NCBI GenBank assembly: GCA_028534125.1
Contig: CM052818.1
Span: 28,894,001 to 28,958,000, forward strand
Direction: 5' to 3'
Length of the DNA stretch: 64,000 nucleotides
DNA from: Lama glama
Lineage: Eukaryota
Shown here: positions 1 through 13,586 of the stretch, one piece after another
Position numbering within the stretch: the stretch's first letter is position 1
How the letters are laid out: each line of letters starts with the position of its first letter
Notes under the pieces: model-generated
The model's input: the letters and a program-made list of their open reading frames with translations, nothing else
Databases searched by the model: none
What the model was told of the DNA's origin: nothing
Position numbers and translations under genes: made by a program

Positions 1-1594
1 GGGTATATATCATATATTGACTTGGCTCATAGGCTCAGGATTCTGTGATCACCTGTGTGAAAACAAACATTGAATCTATAGATAAGAAAATGTAGAGACC
101 TGAGATGTTTTAAGAAAAAGTTCTGTACCAAAAATTATATCTCTTCTCTCGTTAGTTTCCTCATCAAATGACTAGGTAATTTTGCTCTCACTTTAGTTTT
201 TGAGACTAATTTCTTCACCTGAAAGACATGATTGAAAATTTGTCTCAGTTAATTCGGAGTCTTATAAGGTTTCAATGAAGTATGGAAAGCTAGAAATCTA
301 CACAATTCTAAGGCAGCAGTAATAGTAGAACAATCTTCCTGCTCCTCTAAGCAATTCTGTTTTTATCAGCAAACGTGTGAAGAAAAAAGATGAGTTTCTA
401 CGTGGATCATTCGTGACTCTAAGGTTTTCCTCATGCTGAGAACCAAGATGTCATGGAGGTGGAGGGCTAGATAAATTCTCTCTGGGTGAGATCAAGGGAG
501 CAGTCAAAGGGTAGGAGTTAGATCTCTATACAACAGGTACAAGAGAGCATAACTAAAAAAGACGAAAGTTTGTACACAAGGAGATGTAATATGACACAGC
601 AGGTCATGACATAAAATTGTATAAATATTTATCATTTTGTGAATATGTAAACATAGTTTGAACAATACAAAAATTAAAGGAAGTTGAACTTCTTTTCCTT
701 GATTGGGAGCAAGGATTTGTTATCCAATATAAACCAACAGGCATGTAGCTGTTTTCCATTAATGAGGACATGGGTCATTTTGGCATGGGAAATAAAGGTG
801 TGAAAGCAAATGAGTGAGGGTATGGATACCATAAGCAATTCTATTGTGTTATCCCCAGCATAAGAACAGTGGCCTACCTCTGAACCTTAATCAGCTATCG
901 AAAGGGCTTCACAAAGACCTTCTTTCTCCCTGTACTTAACTTTTGAATAAATTTTTGAAGCCTTTTGAAAGACTACTAACAGACTCCTGCTACTTGCTGG
1001 CAATGATCCATCAACCTTGTGCCCCAGGTTCCCAATGGATAGCCACTGTAGACAGGGAAAGCCATGGCCATAACTCAGTCATAACTTATTTTTTAAGGCA
1101 TAACTATTTGAAGGGTTTGTTATCAAGAGAGAATTTTCATGCTTCTTCTGTTTACATATCAGCAAAACTTTCCAGATATATACACATACATTCCTCATAT
1201 AATTCTAAAATAAGATGCCTAAGAGAATGAATCAATTCTGTAAAGAAAAGCAATAGTCAGTAGAGTAGGAATTTTTCTTAAAATAAATTATTTTTCTGTT
1301 ACAGAAAATTCCCACCCCAATCACCACCTTTCTAAGAATTTAAAGGAATAAAGCCAAGGTCCATAGAGAGCAACATTTATTGAAATCTGGTCACTCTTTG
1401 TGAAACCATAGGCTATTATGCTTCAGAATGCAGGAAGAAAAGTTCCCCAAAACCCAAGATTGGACACAAACAGACCCAGAATCATCTTTTAGTGCTAGCA
1501 GAGAGTTTGTTTCCAAAGAAGGATAAATCGTTTAACTATCACCTATTAAACAAGGCTCTGATATTCTACCAAATCATGTAAGAAACATGGACCA

Positions 1595-1765
1595 AGGAGG
1601 CAGAAGAATTTAGAATTAGGAATCAAGATGTCTCACTCTGCCTCTAGCTATTTGTGCATCACTGGCAAGCAATTTTCTATATTTAGCCTCTGTTATTCCA
1701 ACTGTAAAATAGAAAGGTTAAACCATGGTCCCTAACGTTCCATCCAGCTTTCAGTCTCTGATGTT
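1595..1765 (+). mobile_element. MIR/MIR3 SINE fragment
   Basis: MIR core-like ctctgttattccaactgtaaaatag followed by MIR3-type tail ccctaacgttccatccagctttcagtctctga. Confidence 0.55.
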
Positions 1766-2109
1766 TGATCCACCTTTGTTCAGTGACAAAAGGAACCTAT
1801 GGGCCACACAAGGAGAAATCAGTTTTGTCTTAGAGGGACCAGTCCTCCAAAATATCACCTCCTTCTTTATTTCTGCATAAAAAGTATTTCTTAATTTCTG
1901 TTTATTTGGTTATACTTAACAGGCCAATAAGCACCATGTACTAAACAAACTGAAGCTAGAACGTTGACAACAATGTAAGTTTTTTTTCTTTTCCCAAGAC
2001 GGCATAAAACATACCTTTAGATTCAGGGTCATCAGTGACTTCACAAAGCCTAAGGAATTTCTTTGATCTTGCTAAAATGCACCTAGTCCTAATAATCCTA
2101 ACATTCAGT

Positions 2110-2250
2110 AATCTTGGGTTGGATCCAGGTGCCAATAATGTGCTCTGTGATCCTGAACATACTACTTAATCTGCCCAAACTCAGTTTTCTCTTCTCTTCA
2201 TGGTAGGAGATTAGAGTAGGTTTCATGCCTCCCAAAGATCCTATAATTCG
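2110..2250 (+). mobile_element. MIR/MIR3 SINE fragment
   Basis: ctctgtgatcctgaacatactacttaatctgcccaaactcagttttctc resembles MIR core. Confidence 0.55.
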
Positions 2251-5200
2251 TTTAAACAACACTGAAAAAGAGTGATTGTAATTTGCAGTAGAAAGATACT
2301 GTACCTACACTTCATCCTACCCCTACTTTACCTTCACTTTCAGATCCATTTTGCAATGACTGCTGAATTGCTAAACTGCAAACACTTTCACTCAGTGAGT
2401 AATTCTTGCAGCACCCAGAACAGTATCTGACATATATTAGGCCCTTTACTATGTGTTGGTTGAATGTACAAATGCAAGGAAACTACAGATTAACAATGCG
2501 CAGCTTCAACTGTTATATCAACTCCAACCAAATCCTATGAAATCTAAGACTAGAAACTTCTGAATTGGAAGTTACAAAAATTAACCAGCATTCTGAGAAA
2601 TATAGTTACTTATGTATCTATTGTTTTGGGATAATCTACAACTAGGACATAATTCCGACTAAATGGATATGATTCAAATCTAAAGTAATCTGTCCCTTCA
2701 AATTCAAGCAGCATAGTGGAAATTTCACATATGTTGAGTAATTAGGACCATATCTGGTCAGCATTTCATTATTGATTTATTATTAAAGATAGGTCACAAA
2801 TCTAATTTCAGTATTCTATTTACATCTGGAAATCTGTGCTATGGTCTACTTTGAAGTGCTACTGCAAAGGAGAGGGAAAGGAACAGCCATGAGACAACGG
2901 CAATAAGTTAAGATTCTGGTTCCTCTTCTAGAGTGATTTAAACCCACTCCTGTTTCAGTTTGCAAGTGCAGAATGGTGTCAATTAAAATTTCTCCTGCAT
3001 ACCTTCTTCATGAGTATTAATGGGTTACTGTTGATTCTTAATATAGAGGAATATTAAATGGTACAGATAGTCTAGAAGTAGGAAGAATAAAGGAAAAGGA
3101 TGGAAGCAAACACAAGGAAGATATTCCTTTTAGCATTACTGGATGTTCTATTGACATCATCTTTGATTCTTTAAGAGATCCTAGAAGCTGGAATGATGAA
3201 AACAATAAAAGGGTGGACTGGGGAGGAACCATGGAGAGGTGCTTGGCAAAGGGAGAAGAGAAGTGACCCACCTTCTGTGGAATCCTCAATTATCAGTATG
3301 GTTGGTGACAATAATATTCTGGCTGCTATCTACTATTTGCATATACATGCACATGCATAGCCCTATTTATAAACTTTAGTAATTAATTCACTCTGAAAGC
3401 ACCTAGGGGTACATTTATTGTGATTTAAATAGCATATCTAAAATGTATATATTTTATATATATATGTATCTTTAATAAATGAACAATTTATTTCTGTAAG
3501 TATGGAGTTAAAGAAGATAAAATTGTTGAAAGGGATTTGTAGCAAATGGACAGCCTCTGAGCCAGCCTTAAAATATGCTGGGAGAGAGGGAAGAAAAAGA
3601 GGAGGGAGGTTGTATTAAAAAATAAATAAATGGTGACCATAAGGGCATTGTTACATTTAACAGAATTCCACCTTTGCCAGAGATAGCAGTTGTATATGCA
3701 GCAAAGTTAGCCCTCCCCCAAAGAGAGCTAACATAGGGGAAATATAAAGCCTCAGTAGGAGCTCCATCAAGTACAGCTTGAAACTTACTGGAGTAGAGGA
3801 CAGAGGACACATTATGTTATAACACAACATAAGCACTGAAAAGAAGGCCATAAGGATTCTAATTGCTCAGGGAAGAGTAAAATGTGAGGTATAAAGGAAC
3901 CAGACTAGAGTGAATTTCTACCCAGAACAGGAAAAATTATTAATTTTATTCAAATATTGGCTAAGGGAAAATTATTTAATTTTACACATAAATTGTTTAC
4001 ATTAAGCCAAATTTTATAAATATATATATTTGAATGTCAATATTACAGGACTTTTGAAGATAAAATATTAAAGAAATATCTTGTTTATGACATACTAAAC
4101 TCACAACCCTAGAGTTTTTATACCTCTTTTCCTTTAAGAACACTTAATTTTAGAAATTTGAGAAGTACAATGAGAGTTGAGTAACACCTCTCTGAATCAA
4201 GTACACAAACTTCAAGACATCTTGTTGGTGAAAAATGTTCAGATGCCAGGACTTTAATAGGGAGAGGATGTCCCCATTCCCTGAAGATAACCTCTTCATG
4301 CAGAATGAGTACTTGCTAACAAAAGCAGGTGGTTCTCCCCAAGAGAGGCCAAATGATGAGTGATAAAGATGTTTGCAAAGGTAAATGCTGAAGTCAACCC
4401 CCTTCTGGTTTTTCTCTACTACTAAATTTAATATAATCCTCAACTGTACCTACTATGGAATCTCAATCTTAGAAATCACATCTTGTTTATAACTGACTGC
4501 TTGAGCAGAAGAGACTCTGAAACCTCTTGATGAGCGTTCAGATCTGCTGGTGATTCACTAAATATTTTAAAATAGTAGCAAAATAAATAAATGAAAATAA
4601 AACTCCCAGTCATTTGTGTCAGGAAGAGCTAAGTTCTCCCCCAAAATGCAGAGACAGCCTACTTTAACAAACTGCAAGTAATTGTTCAAATAAACAATGG
4701 CTAGTAGAGCAAAAACAAAGATGAATTTACAACTTCCAAAGAAGCCAAAGAACTCATTTCCCTTTTGAAAGGATAAGGTGTGTCCAGCAGTGCCTTTAGT
4801 AAGGTAAAGATATATAAAAAGACACAATTATATTTAGCAATTTGGTAAGGTCAAAACTAAACCTTTTATTCTAACTTGCATCTGTATAGGAAGCACCTAG
4901 CAGAGCAAACAGAGAGAACTGTTTACCAGACTAAAGCTGCAGGGCACATGGCAACACAGCAGGCCCAGGCTAACAGCGGATTTCCAAAGGACAGCCCCGT
5001 AATGGAATTCCTAGTGGGACGATCAAAGAGGTGGAACCATCAGCCAAGCATGACTGCACATAACAAATCCATCAAGCCCTATGATATCCCTAGCCAGACA
5101 AATAGCAAGGAGCACAGGGACTTAAATGGTATTTGAGAAAATTTACTATCCCTCTGCCTCTAGCAGGGTTGAGAAATAATACCATTCAAATTCTCATCTA

Positions 5201-6970
5201 TTCCAACAACACAATCAAAATACTCTTTTCCTTAGCCAATTGAATTTACTGCCTAATATTTATTTATTCTTAACTGCATCTATGTATAGCTATATAAATA
5301 AAAATGTTTGTATATGTTTTAACATAACTCTGTTATCACATCAAGCAAAATCAGCTTGACAAGATTTTCATGAAATGTAGAAAGTATGTTTTGAGCAAAA
5401 TGATTTTAAATACAGGCTATATGGCATACCTGAAATTTGCTTTGGGGTCCTCTGTCAGGGAGGGAGGCAGTCATTTACCAGAGCATTTGAAACAGAAGTG
5501 AACTAAGAGGCCCATAAGACTGATAATGGGAGTAATGAGTCATAAGAGTGAAGATGCATTAATGTGCCAAGGACAGAGAAAACAATCAGTAGTTTTAAGT
5601 ATGAGCCCCAAATCTATTATTAAGAAGAAAAATGTGGTTTGCAATCTAACCACTTCTCACCTGGATAACTCTACGTAGAACAGTTCAGGTTAAGCAGCAT
5701 CAGTCATTTACTTAGTTAATTGTGATTAATACATTTTTCTTCAGCAGTTCTGAGAAGGCATTTTTGGAAGGACTCATTAATGTGGAGAGAATCCCAGCCC
5801 CATCCTAAGTCAGAGTAAGGAAATGCTGACCCCTCAGCACCTCACACTGATGAGAGGGGTTTCAACAGAACACTAAGAGTTCCTGTTCCCCACAGTTACA
5901 AAGCATTCGGGCCTGGTGTCTGGCTCTCTCCTGCAAATGTAATGGTCCAGAGCCAAGCTGACTAACCACTAATGACAAATCAAAGGAATGGTGGCTGAGT
6001 GGGTTCAGCCTGAACTCCCACCAGTGTTTGTTGGCATAACACACACATAAGCATTTCCCATGGATCAGATGTGTGCCAGGCAAGAGAGAGAGGCTGAATG
6101 TCATTAAGTCCTGTCTGAGTGGATACAGAGTTGAGTAGAGAGAAACTATAGGTAATACTTGATTTCTAGTGGCTGTGGAAGGACTAAATCATCATCCAGA
6201 ATAAAGAAATATTTGCTATTATCAAGGGAGCTACAGGTAAGAGATCCCCAGTAATTTAGAGATAGGAGAAGGTTTCCTCCAAAGACTACTTGAGTATCCC
6301 ATGAAAGGAAGAATTAAAACACCTGCCAGATCCAGAGGACAAAATGCATCTTTTGATAGTGCTAATGATACAGAACTTACTAGAGTAGTCATGGAGGGCT
6401 TAGATTTTCATCCAGATGCAAGGGAAGAACTAGCTCCAACAAATATTTTTAAAGAGAGAGGAGAATAAATATATAGTTGCTTAACTGTTATACCTCAAGA
6501 GACATGGTGGTTCAGTATACCAAATATAGTACACACACATAAGCAATGGCACACTCACACAGACACACAATGTGTGATTAGGTAAGGCGATTTAGAAGAA
6601 GAAAACAATTTAAGAAGCACTAAGAATTATATTGCTCAGGGACTTACAAGAGCTCCCAACTATCTAGTAGATTCCACTTCTAGCCCTCAGTCTTATATTT
6701 GAGACTGTACTACCTGACCCCTTGTGTCCACTTCTCTTCTTCACAAATCTCGTTTCCCATCACTCCCACACGCACTTCCTTTGGCAGCACAGCCAGGCAA
6801 ACTATTTGTTTTCACTCTCATTACTTATGTCCAATTTCTTCTGCTTTATCCAAAGAAATACTTCCCATTGTTCAAAGAATCCTCAAGACCAAGGAAATCC
6901 AGCTATTCATCTTTCGTGCCCTAGGGTTCTATGTTTTCATGGCTGCGGATTTTTTTCACCAATCAAGGTT

Positions 6971-7170
6971 CAGTGGTTCTCAAAACTGGCTACATATTAT
7001 AATTACCTGAGAGCTTTAAAAATAATACCACTGGCTGAGACCCCACCCTATAAGAGTTGAACCAGAATCTCCAGAGGCTGGTGTTGGGCAGAGGTGTTTT
7101 ATTTTGTTTCTGATTCTTTAAAAGCTCCCTCAAGTAATTCTAACATACAGGTAGAATTGAGTCTACACTG
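6971..7170. mobile_element. MER5-family hAT-Charlie MITE
   Basis: Starts cagtggttctcaaa, ends ttgagtctacactg (degenerate TIRs); internal ccagaatct and aaagctccc motifs typical of MER5A. Confidence 0.75.
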
Positions 7171-7386
7171 GCTGAGGTATAATACACCTAATCAATTTCT
7201 TAATGTGGAAGAATGTTTTGGTTTTCTAAACTGGCCCCATGAGAAATTTTGATAAAATGTCAGTTGGTTGTGCAGGTTTTTAGTATTCTGACAGGTGAGA
7301 GTGGAATTAGACATGGCTATGGATAAAACGTTGGCCCTGGGAAAACAGAATATAGATCGAAAAAGGGAGAAATGGTTGTGCCAGAG

Positions 7387-7559
7387 CAGTAATTCCCAAT
7401 GCTGAATACACAGTGGAATCACTAAGCACCTAAACCAGTCTATGCTGGAGCCACAGCCCCCACAGTTACAAGTTATTTAGTTTGGTGGGCTCAGGCACCA
7501 TGAAGTTCTGAAAAGTTCCTTTATTGACTCCAATGTACAGACAGCATTGAGAATCACTG
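7387..7559. mobile_element. MER5-family hAT-Charlie MITE
   Basis: TIRs cagtaattcccaa ... ttgagaatcactg, ~170 bp. Confidence 0.7.
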
Positions 7560-7898
7560 CCCTGGAGGGCAAATAAGGTTAGTGTCCCCTGACATTGTGT
7601 AATCAAATGAAGCAGATTCTTTTATGAAAAATCGTTCCTTAAAGAAAGGAGAATAAATGAAAACATTGTGTCTATGAAAATGTTGTTAGCTTGGGGGATT
7701 TTATGTTCAAATCTGGGCCCCGTATCTCAATCAATTTAGTCACAGGAGGTCAAGGCTGTCAATGGAGGCATCCTGTACATAGTTAGGTATGTGGAAAAGA
7801 AGGAAACAAGGAGATCTCAAGAGGTCTTCCTTGCCTGTTTGTAGTAGGTGGGGTTCCTTAATAAAAGATAGGAACTTTATAGGAGTCTGTCCCCTTGC

Positions 7899-8324
7899 TG
7901 TAGAGTAGATTCTTGTTCAGAAATATTCATTCCTCTCCAATTCCTCCATGGCCTGGAAAGTACTTTACCTCTTCTTTCCTTCAAGTTTAACCACGTGACT
8001 TCAGCCAATGGAATGTTAACAGGCAAGATATGGTAAGGGCTTGACACATGCTTAAGAGATGGAACTTGCTCTGCCAGGGACATGAAAAATCATTCCTTGA
8101 TTATCTTGTTGGTCCAAAGAGGAAGGGGGACACACTGAGTGAGGTTGCCTCAGCCTATCCACAGACCTGCAGCGGGATCCTCTCAGTTCCTGGGGCCTGA
8201 AGCAGAGCTGCCTAGTAAAGCATTCTGCAGATGGACAAACTAAATAACTGCTTACTTTGTATGTGGATGTAACTTTCTGGTCATTTGCTATGTAGCCGTA
8301 CTGTGGCCAAAGCTAACTAACACA
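7899..8324 (+). mobile_element. MLT1 (ERVL-MaLR) solo LTR
   Basis: tg...ca termini; ccacgtgacttcagccaatggaatgt and 3' end ttgctatgtagcc...agctaactaacaca typical of older MLT1. Confidence 0.7.
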
Positions 8325-9659
8325 TGTGCTTTCCACATCTTCTTAACCTGAAATGTGCTCCAATCCTCGACATGTTTTGCCAAATTAGCTCAAAATCTAC
8401 TCCTTTAAGAAGCCTTACAACATGCAGGAGATGATTTTATTACCTCATTTCCTCACCATCCCTGCAAACAAATATGGTATTAGGTTCTACCTTTTGGAGG
8501 ATGCTTCATGAAACACCTCCATCAACAAAAAGGATTATAAGTCTAGTCCAGGATTAACGTCAAAGCTTTACCTACTAATTGCTGATATTCATCACAGGAC
8601 TGCACATGATAGTTTAAACTTAGAAGAAATCAATGTGACTAATATTAGGAGAATCTTTAAGTAACATTCATAATTTTCATAAAATAAACTGTCATCCCAC
8701 ATTTTAAAAATATGCCTATGAAATCTAAGTAGGAGATAGCATTTATATTAACAAAGCAAGATATCAAACTGCCTATAAGCTATGGTTTCAATAATACAAA
8801 ACAAAATACATATAAAAGTCTAAAAGTGAACCAAAATGTTAATGGAGATTGTCCCTAAACAAGGACATTAAGAGTGTTTATTTCCTTTCTGAAAGCCTTC
8901 CCTGTACTTCCTAAATTTTCTTTGATGAGTAAGTTTTACTCTTACATTCAGGGAAAAAAAAAAACTCTAAAAAGGGTAAGGAAGAAAACAGTCCTAAGGG
9001 ACTTATAAGTCTGAATAACACATGTGAAAAAGGTGAAATAAGCTGACAGAGGTCCTTCCTTTTTATAACTTAGTCAACTGGAATGTGCAATGAGTCTGAA
9101 CTCTCCCAGCTGGTGAAAATCCTCTACTTCTAAGGATCCCTTGTTTCTTCTTAGGAATACCTCTCTGCCTAGACCCTACTAGGAAAAGGTTTCAGTTTTG
9201 GTCTCTCAAATCCTGCACAGTCCTTCTATATATTGAGTTGCCTCCTCCTTGGAATCAGAAGCAGTTCAATACTAACAAATAAGGTTTTTTATTTGCATTT
9301 GGTTTTATTTCACTTTTCCGATCCCACTAAGCTGCTTGAAACCAAAGTTGTACAGGTAGCCAATACATAATGAAGTGAAAGTCTTAATAAATGTCTAATT
9401 TTACATTAAGCTTTGAATTTTAAAAGCCACTATTTATTCATACTGTGAAATTCATGTTTTTGAATGATTGATCTTTATTATACTTTATATAAATTGAAAC
9501 AATCAATTTGATGTCTTGCTTTGTTAATATGGCTACTGTCCTTTACTTAAATTTCATAAGCATACTCTTAAGTGAATGGATTATAACTTTCTTAAATGGA
9601 AAAACTCTATCACATTCATCTTTGTTATCCTCACCACATAGCCAAGTGGGTAGCACACT

Positions 9660-10088
9660 CTAGGTGGGGCTGACACTAACAATTCTCATTAATATCCGGT
9701 TTTGCTCTGTATCTAAGACCTGAAACAGGTCTTGCTTTGCAGGGACCTTGCAGTTAGGTGGGGCCAAGTATATAGTTCTGGCCAGTAACCTATGCTGGGA
9801 CATGATACCTGTCATTTAGATCTGAAACAGTGAGAAGTCCCTGAGCTACCCTCTAAATTCTCTTCTCTGGCTGCAGCAACCCGGAAGCCCTGTGTTGAAT
9901 GGTAGAGCTGCGACAAGATGGACACAATCAGGAGTCATGGGTCACTACTTGCAAGGGAGGTATGTGAAGGAACTGCTGAGCCTGCAGCAGATTTTACTTG
10001 AGCAAGGAATAAATGTTTACATGTTAAGCTACTGAGACATCAGGATTTATTTGTTCTTGCATTACAGTCTAACCTATCTTAATAATGT
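9660..10088 (+). mobile_element. MLT1 (ERVL-MaLR) solo LTR
   Basis: ccttgcagttaggtggggccaagtatatagttctggccagt; gaataaatgttt...gttaagctactgaga...tttgttcttgca 3' end. Confidence 0.7.
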
Positions 10089-12344
10089 AGGCACTCTTTA
10101 AAGTTGATTTGAATTTAATTAGAAGCTTCTAATATTCCACTGTCAAAATATGTTTGCTGCTATAACCAAAAGCACCCATGCTTTTATTTTTCCTACTAAA
10201 TGTTTCAGCATTTGCTAAATTTGGCAAGGGGAGAAGACAGACTCTATTGTGTAGGCTATTTAATAACTATAGCCTTAGAGGTTGTAGAAAGGATGTGTAA
10301 GCTGCTAAAGCCCATGCAATAAGCCTTATGTCTCATTCTTGAGCTGCAAGGGAATTTTCCAACCAACTCCCAACCTGTACTTAAATCTCTGGTAGTGGTC
10401 TGATAGTGTACAGTGTGTGGCACAGCATCAGGTAGAAGATATAGGCTGTTAGATGGACCATTCTTCAAATGTACAGAAGTAAAGAATGAGGCTTGATACA
10501 CAGGTTTTTTTTTTAAAGGAAAGAGGGTAAATACAAGCTTTAAACCTGGTTATACCATTGCAAGCTCAAAAACCATAGAAACAAGGCACTTCCTTATAGC
10601 TAGACATCTATAACTCTCTTTTCCAGGAATGGTCCTTTGTGTAAAAACTAGCCTTAATTACTCACTCATTTTTCCAACAGTGAACAAGATATAAAAGATC
10701 CCAGACATAAGAGTCATAAACATGTGCAGCTAAAAGACAAACATGTGTTTGAAAACCCCTTTTTCTGGAACATTGAGTTTCCAAGGCTGTATGTAGACGT
10801 ACCCCTTTTACTGGAGTAGTGGATTTATAAACCAGTTAATAACTAGGTGATTGGCTGAATTTAATGGCTGCTAATTGATTCTTTACCAATTAATCTAGAT
10901 AAAATGATCAAATCACTTGTTTATTTCAGGCTTAGTAGCAATAAAGTCTATTACTCCTTTAAAAACATGGTGCATAGAAGCACCCCCACATTCAGTAACT
11001 ATATTGGGTACCATTACATATTTCAGGGTCTGTCTCCAGCTGCCTTAGCATCTGTTTCAATTCCCTGCCTTCCCCTTCCCCTCAGATCTTTTCAGTTTTT
11101 TGTGTAGAGGTAGGTCTCAGCAACACCAAATCCTGCACTTGCTTTTAGAAACTCTAAAAGCAGGAGCTTGCTGAATTTCACCTTCAGGGGTGTCATAGAT
11201 GTTTGCAGCTTCTCGGGTTTGTTCATCATCTCCTCTGCAGTGTTCTCACTTAGACTGCCTGCTAAAGCTCGAGAAAGTTAGTGTTTAATCTTAGCACGTC
11301 ACCAAAGGAAAGAAAGCTACTCTATCATTTTTTAAATACCTCAGTGATTCAAATTAAAACCATGAGAAAGTCCAGCCATATTAACAAAGTATTGCAGTTT
11401 GTTAATTTCAAATAGGATAACAAAGAGTTTAGAGAGACAATCAATCTCCTACCAAACAAATTCTAAGGAAGAGCATAATCTGAAACAGCCTAGTGCAGTA
11501 GGTTTTTGAAGGCTCCATACACTCTTTGTGGGCCAGAGTTCAAAACTGAAGTCTGAAGGAATCAAGGCCAAAATGTCATATTAAATGAGAAGAGAAAGAA
11601 GAGAAAGAGGAAGAAAGCATTTATATAAATTTAGGGATTTACGTCCTCCTCCTATAGATGTAGATGTATTCCTTTTCATGGCAATTGTATGATGGTTCAA
11701 GTGGCCACATCCCTCTTAAAATGTCCCACCTCCAAAATTTTATAACCCAGATAACCTCACAGTGTTATAAACAAAAATTCGACTTCCAAACTCACTAATT
11801 GGACAGATTCAGAAACTTGCCAGTTTATCATAAGATAGGAAGTATTTATATAAGGCAATGATGTTATTAGGACCACTACATTATAATCCCAGATTGCACA
11901 ATATTAATAAACAATAGTCAAGGTGTACAGAAAATTATCAAACTACGATCATCTAAAGGCAAGCTGACAGCGTCAAATTATCTAGCCAAAACCACCTCTG
12001 TTCAAATATTATTTTTTAAGAAAAATCCAATGCTTTGGATACTTGTTTACACGAGTTTATACTACTAGTAAGTGCAAGCATACAAATGTTCTACTTTTTT
12101 AGTTCAAAATACTTAACCTGCTATCAAGTATAAGACCATAATCATTATATAACTGTCGAATAATTAAATCACTCCCAAAGAGGGCATCCTCAAAATGGCT
12201 GTTCTCTTAATATCAAAGAATTAGGCCTTCTATACCTACTTGTTTATTTAAGAACTCCAACTTCCATACCTGTGTACAGTGTTTTCTTTAGAAGTGTGAA
12301 GCTCAAGAAAGGATGGCTTTTTCCAGTTCCCATACCCACTGACC

Positions 12345-12500
12345 TATTTAGAATGAATATTTTATAGATGGAGAAACTGAGATTCTGAGAAACTGACTCT
12401 GAAAACACCAACACAACATGTTAACGATGGACGTGGAAGACACACATAAATGTCTGACCCCTGAGGTAAGTTGTTTTCCAGCTCTCTGTACTGCTAACTT
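12345..12500 (-). mobile_element. MIR fragment
   Basis: tttatagatggagaaactgagattctgaga (MIR core, reverse). Confidence 0.55.
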
Positions 12501-13170
12501 CATATTTTCAGATCCTACCTACTCTTTAGTGCTGTACATGATTTCTTGCTTCTTAACCCAGACTCAAGTTCCCTCTACCACTCTTGCCCAACCCCTTTCC
12601 TTCCATGACCACATAACTGAGCACAAGGAAGGTTTTGAGGTTAGAGCCACTCAAGGACTTACTGAATTGAAACCCACAAGAACACAACATAGTACAATCT
12701 ACACTAGAATGGCTGTGCACCAAAACTCAATGGTCATGAAGATAAAGTGCCAAAAACTAATTACAGGCCAATAATAGTGATGTTTTCGATACATTACTAT
12801 TGACTAAATTTTTCCCCATGATTGATACCAGAGACAAAAGTATTGGTTTAAATTTCAGCTGTAAAAGAAGTTAAATAGAATGAATGCTGTTTAGCAAGTA
12901 ATTTATAAATACAATAACATCTTCTTCCTGTAGCCCACTGCCCCAACCGCCGGCAGACAGGAGACCCTCAGAGGACTGCAACTTCCATGGTCTGGGGTCT
13001 GACTCAGGAGTGGGAAAGAGGACTCTGCTTAGTCATCTATATGTGCTATGATGCTCCTAGCCCAGGACATGGATGGCTACTGCCTTGCTCCATGCAAGCT
13101 GTGATGAGACAAAGTGCCTGAACCCCATCCTTCCCTTGCCCATGACTGGGCCCCGACCTCAGACAGAGGA

Positions 13171-13586
13171 CAACAGTTCTGTAGGTCAGATGTCCAGGTA
13201 GGCCTAACTGGGTCCTTTGCTGAGAAAAATCAAAGAACTCACCAGGCTTGGGGTTTTTCTTATCTTGGAGGCTCTGGGGAAAAATCTACTTTCAAATTCA
13301 GTCAGATTGTCCACTCAGAGATCTCTGCTCCTTAGTTTTCACCATCTTCAATCCAGCAACAGAGCATCAAGTCTCTTCCATGCTTCAAATCTCTCTGACT
13401 TCTCTTTTGCTCCAAGCTAGAGAGAACCCTCTGCTTTTAAAGGGTTCATGTGATTTGATCAGTGCCACCCAGAAAATTTCCTTAAGGCCAACTGATTATC
13501 AGACTTTTGCTATGTAATGTAACATAGTCACTGGAGTATAGCCAGGCAAAGGTCATAGGGCCATCCTAAAATTTTTACCTACCACA
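13171..13586 (-). mobile_element. MLT1 (MLT1D/E-like) LTR fragment
   Basis: acagttctgtaggtcaga..., ggaggctctggggaaaaatc, terminus ccatcctaaaatttttacctaccaca. Confidence 0.7.

Noticed and set aside
5828..5875. CTGATGA in an imperfect hairpin as a hammerhead ribozyme or C/D snoRNA (similar word near 31163)
   Set aside because: No stem II closed by GAAA and no properly spaced D box with terminal stem.
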